Shown: positions 8,914-17,466, numbered from the stretch's first letter. The stretch: DNA of 52,604 nucleotides from Candidatus Margulisiibacteriota bacterium (GCA_034723395.1 JAYEOW010000006.1:1-52604), one strand, 5' to 3'. Made by a program: numbers and translations. Notes: generated by a model from the letters alone, not told the origin.

Positions 8914-11346
8914 CTACTTCCTTGCAGCCTTAATAATCTTCTTAGCCAGCGCTACCGCCCCTACCGCATCCATCGAATAATTAGCGCCGATCCTATCAGC
9001 GTAACCTTTGGTAACCACCGCCCCACCAACCAAAAGAGGAATATTAAGCTTAGCTTTTTCTAATTCGTCCTTGACCACTCCCATTTCAACCATGGTCGTG
9101 GTTAAAAGCGCGGAAAGGGCGATCACATTCGGTTTTTCTTTTTTGGCCGCTTTAACGATCTCCCCCGGAGGGATATCTTTTCCGAGATCGACGATCTTAA
9201 ATCCATGGTTCTCCAGAAGCATTTTTAAAATATTCTTGCCAATATCGTGAACATCCCCTTTTACCGTGGCCAGCACTACTTTCCCGGCCGATTTCGCCTT
9301 CCCCTTTGGGATTTTCTCTTTACACAAAACAAAACCTGTCCTCATCGCCTCGGCCGATTCGATAACCTGCGGGAGAAAATATTCCTTGCGGGAAAACTTC
9401 TTCCCCACCACCTCCATCCCCGGGACCAAACCTTGATCGATAATCTTTTGCGGATTTACTTTTTTAACTAATGCTTGATCTACCAGAATTTTAACTCCAT
9501 CACTATTTCCGTCGATTACCGCATCTTCTACGTCCTTAAAACTTTTATACTTAAGCTCTTCAACCGTTGCTTCTCGCTTCTTTTCTGCCGGTTTCCCCGA
9601 ACTTTTTGCTTCGTTAACCGCATCCTTAAAGAGCTGCACCAATTTTTCACGGGACAACGGCTTTGCCTTAAATACTTTTTTCATTTCCGGGTCGGTCGGA
9701 TCGACAATTGCCGCATCTAGCCCATAAGCTACTGCTAATCTTAAGTAGAGTGCGTTTAACTTTGAACGATTAGGCATTCCATGAGAAACATTGCTTATAC
9801 CCAAGATAGTTTTTACTCCCAGGTTCTCTTTTATGATCGGGATTGCTTTTAACGCCTCTAAGCATCCACCAATTCCTACCCCGGCAGTCATAACTAGATT
9901 ATCCACATAAATATCATTGCTCGAAATCCCTGCATCATGTGCTGCGTGGACGATTTTCTGGGCAATCCGCAAACGATCGGAAGCCGATTTTGGAATCCCT
10001 GTCTCATCCAAGGCTAAAGCAATAATTGCTGCTCCATATCTCTTTGCCAACGGAAGATTACGGTCCATACTCTCTTGCTTACCATTAACCGAGTTCAACA
10101 ATGCCTTACCGCAAAACATCTTTAGTCCGGTCTCTAAGGCCGAATGGTGAGGGTTATCGATCGAAAGCGGGAGATCGGAGACCGATTGGGTAATTTTTAC
10201 CGCTTCATGCATCATCTCCACCTCGTTAATATCGGGGACAGAAATGTTTACATCCAATAGATCTGCTTTGGCTTTACTCTGACTTACCGCTTCGGTGCGG
10301 ATAATCTGTGTCTTCATGCTCTGCAGCTCTTCGCGAAATATCCTTCGCCCCGTCGGATTAATCCTCTCGGCAACCAGCAAAGGTTTCCCTTCTTCCAATT
10401 CAACTACCCTACTCCTACTCGCAAAGCAACTACCAACCCTCACCCCCTCTTGTTCCCCCTCTCCCTTAGGAAGAAGGAGATAGGGGGTGAGGGTTTTCTT
10501 TACTGCTTCAATATGAAGCGGTCCGGTTCCACAACACCCGCCGACAATCGAAACCCCTAATTTAGCGAACTTAACCGCAAATTCACCAAACTTTTTCGGC
10601 GTCATCTTATAGATCGCTTTATTCCCTTCAAGTTCCGGCATCCCGGCGTTGGGCATGACCATGATCGGCTTGGAACTAACCGCTAGTAACTTTTTGGCCA
10701 CATCCAGCATCCCTTCCGGACCGGTAGAACAGTTCGCCGAAATAATATCGACCCCTAAAGCCTCGAGGACCACAACTGCAACCTCAGCCGAGGTTCCGTA
10801 GATCGTCTTCTCTCCATCGTCATAGGTTAAACTGGCAATAACCGGTAATTTTGTCTCATTTTTCGCCGCAATGACCGCCGCCCGCATCTCCTGAAGGTCG
10901 GAGATCGTCTCTACGCAGATAACATCGACTCCGCCAGCTTCTAATGCCCTTGCCTGCTCCGCAAACGCGTTATATGCCTGGTCGAAAGAAATTTCTCCTA
11001 GCGGATCAAGCATCTTGCCAAGCGGCCCGATCGATCCGCAGACAAATCCTTTACTGCCGATCGCCCTTCGCGCGATCTTTGCCGCCGCGATATTGATCTC
11101 TCTGACTTTTTTATCCAGCTTATAATCTGCCAATTTAATATGATTTGCCCCAAAGGTATTGGTTTCAAGGATATCCGCCCCAGCTTTTACATATGCCCTT
11201 TGGATCGACTCAACCAGGTTTGGATTCTTTAGGTTCTGGGCGTCAAAACAATCTTCCGGTCGCACCCCCCCCTCCATCAGCCGGGTCCCCATAGCTCCAT
11301 CCATAACCAGTATTTTTTTATTTAACGCTTCCAAAAATTTATTCAT
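8914..11346 (-). CDS. metH: Cobalamin-dependent methionine synthase lacking the reactivation domain
   Basis: DGAMGT, GGCCGT (Hcy/Zn), ERINPTG (pterin), GDVHDIGKNI (B12). Confidence 0.93.
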   Translation of the reverse strand: MNKFLEALNKKILVMDGAMGTRLMEGGVRPEDCFDAQNLKNPNLVESIQRAYVKAGADILETNTFGANHIKLADYKLDKKVREINIAAAKIARRAIGSKGFVCGSIGPLGKMLDPLGEISFDQAYNAFAEQARALEAGGVDVICVETISDLQEMRAAVIAAKNETKLPVIASLTYDDGEKTIYGTSAEVAVVVLEALGVDIISANCSTGPEGMLDVAKKLLAVSSKPIMVMPNAGMPELEGNKAIYKMTPKKFGEFAVKFAKLGVSIVGGCCGTGPLHIEAVKKTLTPYLLLPKGEGEQEGVRVGSCFASRSRVVELEEGKPLLVAERINPTGRRIFREELQSMKTQIIRTEAVSQSKAKADLLDVNISVPDINEVEMMHEAVKITQSVSDLPLSIDNPHHSALETGLKMFCGKALLNSVNGKQESMDRNLPLAKRYGAAIIALALDETGIPKSASDRLRIAQKIVHAAHDAGISSNDIYVDNLVMTAGVGIGGCLEALKAIPIIKENLGVKTILGISNVSHGMPNRSKLNALYLRLAVAYGLDAAIVDPTDPEMKKVFKAKPLSREKLVQLFKDAVNEAKSSGKPAEKKREATVEELKYKSFKDVEDAVIDGNSDGVKILVDQALVKKVNPQKIIDQGLVPGMEVVGKKFSRKEYFLPQVIESAEAMRTGFVLCKEKIPKGKAKSAGKVVLATVKGDVHDIGKNILKMLLENHGFKIVDLGKDIPPGEIVKAAKKEKPNVIALSALLTTTMVEMGVVKDELEKAKLNIPLLVGGAVVTKGYADRIGANYSMDAVGAVALAKKIIKAARK
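10435..10495. repeat. REP-like palindrome inserted in frame in metH
   Basis: Perfect 14-bp inverted repeat AACCCTCACCCCCT / AGGGGGTGAGGGTT. Confidence 0.8.
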
Positions 11347-11755
11347 TTGGATCTTTCCTCATTATCAAGGCATCTTCACCATTATCAGCATAGTAATTTT
11401 TTCGTCTACCAACTTTTTGAAATCCATACTTTTCATATAGGTTTTGCGCCGCTGTATTTGAGACCCTAACTTCGAGAAAACAGGCCGCCTTAGGGTCTAA
11501 GATAGTCTCGATCAGTTTTTCCCCGATCCCCATCCGGCGTTCATCCGGATGGACCGCCATATTGACAACATGCTTCTCTCCGGCTATATCTTCTATCCCG
11601 ATGTATCCCACTACTCCCCGGTTCATTTTTGCCACCAGATATTTATTCCGGTCATTTCTAAAGACAGAGGCTTCTTTAGGCGCAGCAAACGAAAGCTTCT
11701 CTATTTCATATATTTCCGGGATATCTTCTTCCTTTAGCGGGCCGATGGTAATCAT
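11339..11755 (-). CDS. rimI: Ribosomal-protein-alanine N-acetyltransferase
   Basis: NMAVHPDERRMGIG, LEVRVSNTAAQNLY, RKNYY..NGEDA; start 11755 preferred. Confidence 0.9.
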   Translation of the reverse strand: MITIGPLKEEDIPEIYEIEKLSFAAPKEASVFRNDRNKYLVAKMNRGVVGYIGIEDIAGEKHVVNMAVHPDERRMGIGEKLIETILDPKAACFLEVRVSNTAAQNLYEKYGFQKVGRRKNYYADNGEDALIMRKDPNE

Positions 11756-11777
11756 GTCAAAATTATAACATGTTATC

Positions 11778-11810
11778 AAAAAAAAAGGGACAGGCGAAAA
11801 CCTGTCCCTT
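11778..11810 (-). terminator. Rho-independent terminator
   Basis: AAGGGACAGG/CCTGTCCCTT stem followed by a U-run on the minus strand. Confidence 0.85.
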
Positions 11811-11837
11811 CTTAAGTTAAACCGAAAAAATCAGCGA

Positions 11838-12512
11838 TTAACCGGCCTTTTTCATCAAATCATCAATGATCTCAGTAACTTTATCTTTAGCTCCAAGGCC
11901 AACTGCGATAGCAAAAGCCAGTGCAGCGCCAGCTACAAATATAGAGAAAGTAGACACTAAGAGATTAGTTGCGATCCCTAATTGGTCCAAAGCGATTATC
12001 GAAGCGAAAATAACGATTGCGTGACGAGAAACATCAGCCAGTATCTTCGCCTGTTTTAATCCGGCATTGGCCGCGGTGGTCATTACGATCCCTGAAACAA
12101 TCGCCGCCAGGAATGTCCCGAGAATGATCACAAATATGGCAGCGATAACGTTAGGCAGATACATGAATATTTTGTCCAGCAACTCGGAAGCAGTGGTAAG
12201 CCCTAGAGCATTAACTGCAGTTACTAAGACAATCAGCATGATCAGCCAGTAAACCAATTTACCGATTAGATCGGAAGCATTTTCCTTAATCTCTCCTTTG
12301 CGGAGAAAAGAGGTAATGCCTGCGTGTTCGGCAGCGGCATCCAAGCGTAACAGAGATAAACCGTTGGTTACCCCTCTTTGGATCAATTTAGCGATGATCC
12401 AACCAATGATTAGAATTAATAACGCACCAAGCAGTGCTGGCAGATAAGCGGCTAACTGGACCAAAGTTGCATTGACTGGATCGATAATTGCCGTTTGAAA
12501 ACTCATTTGCAT
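11838..12512 (-). CDS. CmpX-like / MscS-related membrane protein with two conserved TM-helix repeats
   Basis: YLPALLGALLILIIGWIIAK and YLPNVIAAIFVIILG repeats. Confidence 0.8.
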   Translation of the reverse strand: MQMSFQTAIIDPVNATLVQLAAYLPALLGALLILIIGWIIAKLIQRGVTNGLSLLRLDAAAEHAGITSFLRKGEIKENASDLIGKLVYWLIMLIVLVTAVNALGLTTASELLDKIFMYLPNVIAAIFVIILGTFLAAIVSGIVMTTAANAGLKQAKILADVSRHAIVIFASIIALDQLGIATNLLVSTFSIFVAGAALAFAIAVGLGAKDKVTEIIDDLMKKAG

Positions 12513-12613
12513 TAATTTACCTCCTAAATAATATATGAACCTTGTAGTTTTTACTAACTATCACCCCCCATGGGCCTATTTTCACCGTTAGTCTAACAAT
12601 TACCGGACAATTG

Positions 12614-13219
12614 TCAAGACTTATATTCTCGAATATTCGGTTTATGCGAATAACTTGGTACCAGCTTCAACGGATCTGCCAGCTCCCCCGCCCTGATCTT
12701 TTCCAATCCTAAGCGCGCTACATTTATGCCATATGGATGCCTTTTTGATCCATCAACTACATAAATCTTTCCTTGTATCTCCGCCAACTTCTTATCAATA
12801 TATTCTTTAGTTAATACCAGATCTTCGGTTAATCTTTTAATCTTTCCATCATGCGCGCCAAACAGGGCAAAGTTATATTCGTCCCGCTTCGCATCAAGCA
12901 TAACCACCATCGTCCCTTCGATATCGATCAGATTATAGGCGATCGCATCCAGGGTTGGGACCCCAACAAGTGGGATATTCAGGGTTTGGGCAAGCGTTTT
13001 TGCAGCAGCCAATCCTCCGCGAAGACCAGAATACGATCCAGGGCCGCTTGCTACCGCTACCCCTTCGATCTGTTTTGGATCGATCCCTGCTTCTTTAACA
13101 TAGAAGATAATCCTTTCGGCCCGCAGGTCAGCAACTGTGGTTTCAGCCAGTACTTTTTCATCATCGATTAGACCGATGCTTACAACTTTAGTCGCGCTGC
13201 TAATTCCGAGGATACGCAT
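12614..13219 (-). CDS. tsaB: tRNA t6A biosynthesis protein TsaB
   Basis: VAVASGPGSYSGLRGG motif, next to tsaE. Confidence 0.88.
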   Translation of the reverse strand: MRILGISSATKVVSIGLIDDEKVLAETTVADLRAERIIFYVKEAGIDPKQIEGVAVASGPGSYSGLRGGLAAAKTLAQTLNIPLVGVPTLDAIAYNLIDIEGTMVVMLDAKRDEYNFALFGAHDGKIKRLTEDLVLTKEYIDKKLAEIQGKIYVVDGSKRHPYGINVARLGLEKIRAGELADPLKLVPSYSHKPNIREYKS

Positions 13220-13629
13220 ATTTTTCTCTCCGTTTCTGAAACAATCTCTATTTTAATCTCACAACATGATTTCGGTTTTAGTTCTTCCAACTTCTCCGCC
13301 CATTCTATCACACAAGCCCCACCACGAGAAAAATACTCTTCGATCCCTATCTCCTCAACTTCATCAACACTATTTAGCCGGTAAAGATCGACATGGAAAA
13401 AAGGGATGCGTCCCTGATACTCATTAATAATGATAAAAGTTGGAGAAGTTACGTAGTCTTTTACTCCTAAACCTTCTGCAATCCCCTGAATAAGAGTGGT
13501 TTTTCCTGCCCCTAATGTTCCGGTCAAACAAACCACACCATTGGGTTTTAAATTTTCGCCGATCTTCTTCCCTAACTCAATCGTCTCGCTGGCACTCCGT
13601 GTTACTCTGTGTTTCTCATTCCGTGTCAT
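13180..13629 (-). CDS. tsaE: tRNA t6A biosynthesis ATPase TsaE
   Basis: GTLGAGKTT, VTSPTF, HVDLYRL, IEWAE. Confidence 0.95.
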   Translation of the reverse strand: MTRNEKHRVTRSASETIELGKKIGENLKPNGVVCLTGTLGAGKTTLIQGIAEGLGVKDYVTSPTFIIINEYQGRIPFFHVDLYRLNSVDEVEEIGIEEYFSRGGACVIEWAEKLEELKPKSCCEIKIEIVSETERKICVSSELAARLKL

Positions 13630-13641
13630 TCCGTGTACAGA

Positions 13642-14286
13642 TTACCAACGCTCGTAGTCGTCTCCACTCCCACCCTTGATCTCTTTAAATCCCGGCAGCT
13701 CATCATCATACCGGCCACCAAGCTCGGCCTTCTTCTCTTCGTATAACGAACCGATGGTTTTCTCCAGCACCGGATGTTTGAGACTAGGAGAAATTTCTGC
13801 TAATGGCTTTAATACAAATAATCTTTCATGCATGAGTGGGTGCGGGATCTGCAGTTTATCATCTGATAATATTTCATCATTATAAAGCAAAATATCAATA
13901 TCAATCGTCCGCGGCCCCCACTCTATCTCTCTTTCTCTACCCAACGCAGCCTCAATTTCCTGGGTCAAATCGAGCAATTCCTGAGGAGATAGCTTGGTCT
14001 TAATCTCAAGTGCCCCATTAACAAACATTTGCTGATCACCCTTCCCCCCCTCGGCTTCGGTCTCTAAACTACTTGAACGTTTTAATACATCAACCTTTGG
14101 ATTCTTTTCTAAAAGAAAGATCGCCTGCTCAAGATACTCTTCACGGTCCCCGACATTTGAACCCAGTCCGAGATAGGCAATATTGACCCCTTTTTTCTTT
14201 TTGCCTCTTCCTGCCTTCTTTTTCTTCCTGGTTTTTCCCTTCTTTACAACTTTATTTTTAGTTTTTTTCTTCTTTTTCTTTGCCAT
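13642..14286 (-). CDS. folK: Hydroxymethyldihydropterin pyrophosphokinase with Lys-rich N-terminal extension
   Basis: YLGLGSNVGDR, WGPRTIDIDIL, IPHPLMHERLFVL. Confidence 0.93.
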   Translation of the reverse strand: MAKKKKKKTKNKVVKKGKTRKKKKAGRGKKKKGVNIAYLGLGSNVGDREEYLEQAIFLLEKNPKVDVLKRSSSLETEAEGGKGDQQMFVNGALEIKTKLSPQELLDLTQEIEAALGREREIEWGPRTIDIDILLYNDEILSDDKLQIPHPLMHERLFVLKPLAEISPSLKHPVLEKTIGSLYEEKKAELGGRYDDELPGFKEIKGGSGDDYERW

Positions 14287-14329
14287 CCCATTTCCTCCTT
14301 TGATCTGAGCCTGCTTGCCCCGAGTTTAA

Positions 14330-15532
14330 TCAAGGGGCCGAAGCTCTTGCAATTGCATCAGCCATCGCGGCAACTTTAACTATCTCTTTTACATCATGTA
14401 CCCTGATTATGTCAACCCCATTTGTAATTGAAACCGCCACTGTCGCCGCGGTCCCTTCAATCCTTTGGTCGGCAGGCAACCCCAAAACCTGGCCAATCAA
14501 TGATTTTCGGGAGGTCCCAACCATAATCGGACAACCCAACACCTTTAACTCTCTTAATCTTTTCAGAATTTCAAGGTTATGTAAAACTGTTTTCCCGAAA
14601 CCGATCCCCGGGTCAACAATTATTTTCTCATGAAGTATACCAGCCCGCCCGGCAATTTCAATCCTTTTTTTCAACCCTTCAATAATCTCTCCCATAAGGT
14701 CGGAATAACTTGGATTTTCCTGCATTGTCCGTGGATTACCCTGAATATGCATAACACATACGGGAACATTGAATTTTTTAACTGTCTTTGCCATCTCCGG
14801 ATCAAAAAGGAGGCCGGAAATGTCATTGACCATCGATGCCCCCGCCGAAAGCGCCGCAGCCGCAACCTCGGACTTGGTCGTATCAATTGAAATAATCGCG
14901 TCGGTCCGGCTGGCTAGCGCTTCGATCACCGGGACCACTCTTTCTTTCTCGACCGCAGCCGAAACCATTTCCGCTCCGGGCCGGGTAGATTCGCCGCCAA
15001 TATCGATAATATCCGCTCCATCCCTGGCCATCTGCACCGCATGCGCCACCGCCTTATTAATATCGGTAAATTTACCGCCGTCAGAAAACGAGTCGGGAGT
15101 TACGTTTAATATCCCCACAATAAAGGTCCGCTCACCTATATTCAGCGTCTTATTTCCAAATACGATCGGCTTGGGGGCCAAATCATAATTTTGCAAAGCT
15201 TTTTCGATCTCTTTCGCCAGGTCCGGCAATCCAAATTGGTGGATCTTTAACTTTTTAATCAGCTCCTGCAGCTGTTTTTGGGTGCCAAAGACCAGCATAT
15301 CGGTGGTATCGACCGAATAATTGATTGAACCATAGGTGGTAGCCGCCTCACCGCCAAAGGAGAGCATCTCCTGCTTGATAATATTTGCCGCCGGCGGCCT
15401 GACCCCTTCTATTTTCAGAACGCGGCTAACCGCTTTAGGAGCCATGATCTCTATTCCAACTTTGTCGGATCCAATAGAAAGCAGGTCCCGGCTCGCTGCT
15501 GATATATCATCAATCTCAATCACTCGGACCAT
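14330..15532 (-). CDS. folP: Dihydropteroate synthase with N-terminal extension
   Basis: GILNVTPDSFSDGG, DIGGESTRPG, GTSRKS, IRVHDV. Confidence 0.96.
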   Translation of the reverse strand: MVRVIEIDDISAASRDLLSIGSDKVGIEIMAPKAVSRVLKIEGVRPPAANIIKQEMLSFGGEAATTYGSINYSVDTTDMLVFGTQKQLQELIKKLKIHQFGLPDLAKEIEKALQNYDLAPKPIVFGNKTLNIGERTFIVGILNVTPDSFSDGGKFTDINKAVAHAVQMARDGADIIDIGGESTRPGAEMVSAAVEKERVVPVIEALASRTDAIISIDTTKSEVAAAALSAGASMVNDISGLLFDPEMAKTVKKFNVPVCVMHIQGNPRTMQENPSYSDLMGEIIEGLKKRIEIAGRAGILHEKIIVDPGIGFGKTVLHNLEILKRLRELKVLGCPIMVGTSRKSLIGQVLGLPADQRIEGTAATVAVSITNGVDIIRVHDVKEIVKVAAMADAIARASAP

Positions 15533-16905
15533 TATTTAATCTCCAGCTTTACAATCTCTTTGGTCTTCGGCGTAACCTTGGCCCGTTCATCCATTTGTAA
15601 TCCCGCAATCCAAATTATTTTCCCTCCACTTTCGAGGATCGGGACCAGATCACGTTGATCGGCCGGTATTTTATTATCGACAAACAGGTCCTGGACCTTT
15701 TTTGTCCCCGTCATTCCCAGCGGATTAAATTTATCTCCATCCGAACGGTTGCGAATGGTGATCTTTTTCCCCAGCACGGCATAATCGACATAAATCATAT
15801 TTTTAGAATTTGATAAATCCGTGTCCTTTACAATTTCCGCATTAATTTGTTTGCCAAGCTCACAAATATTTACCGATCCAGGGATAGTCAACAGATAACA
15901 AAATGACCCTCCTCCGGATAAAACCGGCTTTTCCCCGCTAATCGTTAATACCCCCTGGCTCCCCGAAGCAAAGATCCCCCCCGGCAGATGCAATTCCCAA
16001 CTTTCAGTATCATTTAATTTATCCCCGATATCTTTTATATGAACAAAAGAGACATCAATAAGATCCCCTTTTATTTTCTCGATAGCACAGCGCACCACCC
16101 TTCCCTGGATCGCCCCCTCAAGCCCTTTTAATTTTAACAGCTCTAATTTAAGCTCATTTTCGTCAGTAGAAACAATCATCTCTTTTAAATACTCATCTGC
16201 TTTTTTTTCGAGATAATCACTATCTTCGGTCAAAAGAAGGATGGTCTGTAAAATAATCTCTTTTATGTTCAAATTATAAAGGCGCAGCTGCGGGACCAAT
16301 TTCATCCTTACCCGATTACGCAGATACTTGGATTCATAATTGGTATAATCCCGCCGCGGGACCAGTTTTATACTGCCGACATACTCTTCGATCTCTTTGC
16401 GCCAGTTTTTGATCATTGGCCGGATAATTTTCCCCCGCTTAGGGGTTATCCCGCATAACCCTTTCAATCCCGCCCCGCGCAGCATCCGCATCAAAAATGT
16501 TTCAACATTATCATCTGCGGTATGGCCGACCGCGATTTTATCAGCCCCTATTTGTTTGGCAACCCTTTCAAAAAAATTATATCTAGCAACACGGGCAGCA
16601 GCCTCTAATCCTTTCTTTTCCTGGTTCGCCATCGCCTGCACGTCACATGCCTCAGCGGTAACCGGGATCCCCAGCCTGGAAGATAACTCCTGGACAAATT
16701 TCAGGTCCAATTCGGCATCTCCGCGCCGGAGCATATGGTTAAGATGGGCAACATGCAGATCGAGATCAAACTCCTCTTTTATGGAATGCAAAAGATTAAG
16801 CAGCGCGGTAGAATCTACCCCCCCGGATACCGCGATCAACACACGATCTCCCGGAGCTAATAATTCGTATTCTTTGATGGTCTTAATAAATTGATCTCTT
16901 ATCAT
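15532..16905 (-). CDS. tilS: tRNA(Ile)-lysidine synthase
   Basis: AVSGGVDS PP-loop, GHTADDNVETFL, YLRNRVR, C-terminal TilS domain. Confidence 0.95.
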   Translation of the reverse strand: MIRDQFIKTIKEYELLAPGDRVLIAVSGGVDSTALLNLLHSIKEEFDLDLHVAHLNHMLRRGDAELDLKFVQELSSRLGIPVTAEACDVQAMANQEKKGLEAAARVARYNFFERVAKQIGADKIAVGHTADDNVETFLMRMLRGAGLKGLCGITPKRGKIIRPMIKNWRKEIEEYVGSIKLVPRRDYTNYESKYLRNRVRMKLVPQLRLYNLNIKEIILQTILLLTEDSDYLEKKADEYLKEMIVSTDENELKLELLKLKGLEGAIQGRVVRCAIEKIKGDLIDVSFVHIKDIGDKLNDTESWELHLPGGIFASGSQGVLTISGEKPVLSGGGSFCYLLTIPGSVNICELGKQINAEIVKDTDLSNSKNMIYVDYAVLGKKITIRNRSDGDKFNPLGMTGTKKVQDLFVDNKIPADQRDLVPILESGGKIIWIAGLQMDERAKVTPKTKEIVKLEIK

Positions 16906-17087
16906 AATAATTCAATTAAATAACGGAACGAAAAAAATGTTAGAAACAGCAAAACCCAGGCAAAAAGCGCCTTCTCCCCATTCCGGCGCACGAATCCGTT
17001 ATTCTTTTTCTCAGTAAGTACAATATAAAGCGCCGGAAACCCAAATAAGTAGGCAGAAAAAACCAGACCTCTATCTCTAATACGCAT
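16902..17087 (-). CDS. Small membrane protein, possibly truncated
   Basis: 61 aa with two hydrophobic segments; stop overlaps the tilS start (ATGA). Confidence 0.55.
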   Translation of the reverse strand: MRIRDRGLVFSAYLFGFPALYIVLTEKKNNGFVRRNGEKALFAWVLLFLTFFSFRYLIELL

Positions 17088-17125
17088 TTTCTTTTCCTAA
17101 AATAATAATGGCGGCGAGTGGATTC

Positions 17126-17215
17126 TCCCGATTTCCTTATCATTCTAATACAATGTTTTTCGGGATCCCGACCGAAGTCCCGAAGGGATTCCGGGATTCC
17201 TTCGGAACGTCGGGA
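17126..17215. repeat. Two tandem TCCCGA...TCGGGA hairpin elements (40 and 50 bp)
   Basis: 17126-17165 and 17166-17215, inserted at TTC|GAA of the outer tRNA T-loop. Confidence 0.85.
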
Positions 17216-17247
17216 GAACCACTGACGCAGCGGGTATGAGCCGCTTG

Positions 17248-17360
17248 TCCCGATGTCGTAACTGTATTGCCGGGAGACGGACTCGAACCGTCGACACAAC
17301 GGGTATGAGCCGTTTGCTCTAACCAACTGAGCTATCCCGGCAATACAACGACACTAGGGT
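17248..17360. mobile_element. Hairpin element carrying an intact tRNA between its arms
   Basis: Left arm TCCCGATGTCGTAACTGTAT, right arm AATACAACGACACTAGGGT (degenerate inverted repeat). Confidence 0.6.
17268..17341 (-). tRNA. tRNA-Met(CAT), elongator-like (Ile2 not excluded); no encoded CCA
   Basis: GCCGGGATAGCTCAGTTGGTTAGAGCAAACGGCTCATACCCGTTGTGTCGACGGTTCGAGTCCGTCTCCCGGCA folds into a full cloverleaf. Confidence 0.93.
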
Positions 17361-17374
17361 CCTCACCAACTGAG

Positions 17375-17440
17375 TCCCGACGTTTCGACTTCGTCGAAAG
17401 TCGGGATCCCGATTTTTTGCCGAAGGCAAAAACATCGGGA
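17375..17440. repeat. Two tandem TCCCGA...TCGGGA hairpin elements (32 and 34 bp)
   Basis: 17375-17406 (TTC loop) and 17407-17440 (GAA loop), inserted at AG|CT of the outer tRNA D-stem. Confidence 0.88.
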
Positions 17441-17466
17441 CTACCCAGCCCTGACATGAGATTTTT

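Larger units (their letters stand above)
17109..17450 (-). pseudogene. Outer tRNA(CAT) gene split into four segments by hairpin inserts
   Basis: Segments 17450-17441, 17374-17361, 17247-17216 and 17125-17109 join to GGCTGGGTAG|CTCAGTTGGTGAGG|CAAGCGGCTCATACCCGCTGCGTCAGTGGTTC|GAATCCACTCGCCGCCA. Confidence 0.85.

Noticed and set aside
16940..17326. 128-aa ORF
   Set aside because: Overlaps the tRNA and hairpin elements; no protein-like features
17126..17440. CRISPR array or group I / BHB tRNA introns
   Set aside because: Only 6-bp inverted termini recur; the inserts are too short for group I introns and I could not see bulge-helix-bulge motifs at the junctions
17109..17450. Prophage or ICE attachment site
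   Set aside because: No integrase or cargo, and the outer and inner tRNAs differ throughout rather than sharing an identical att core
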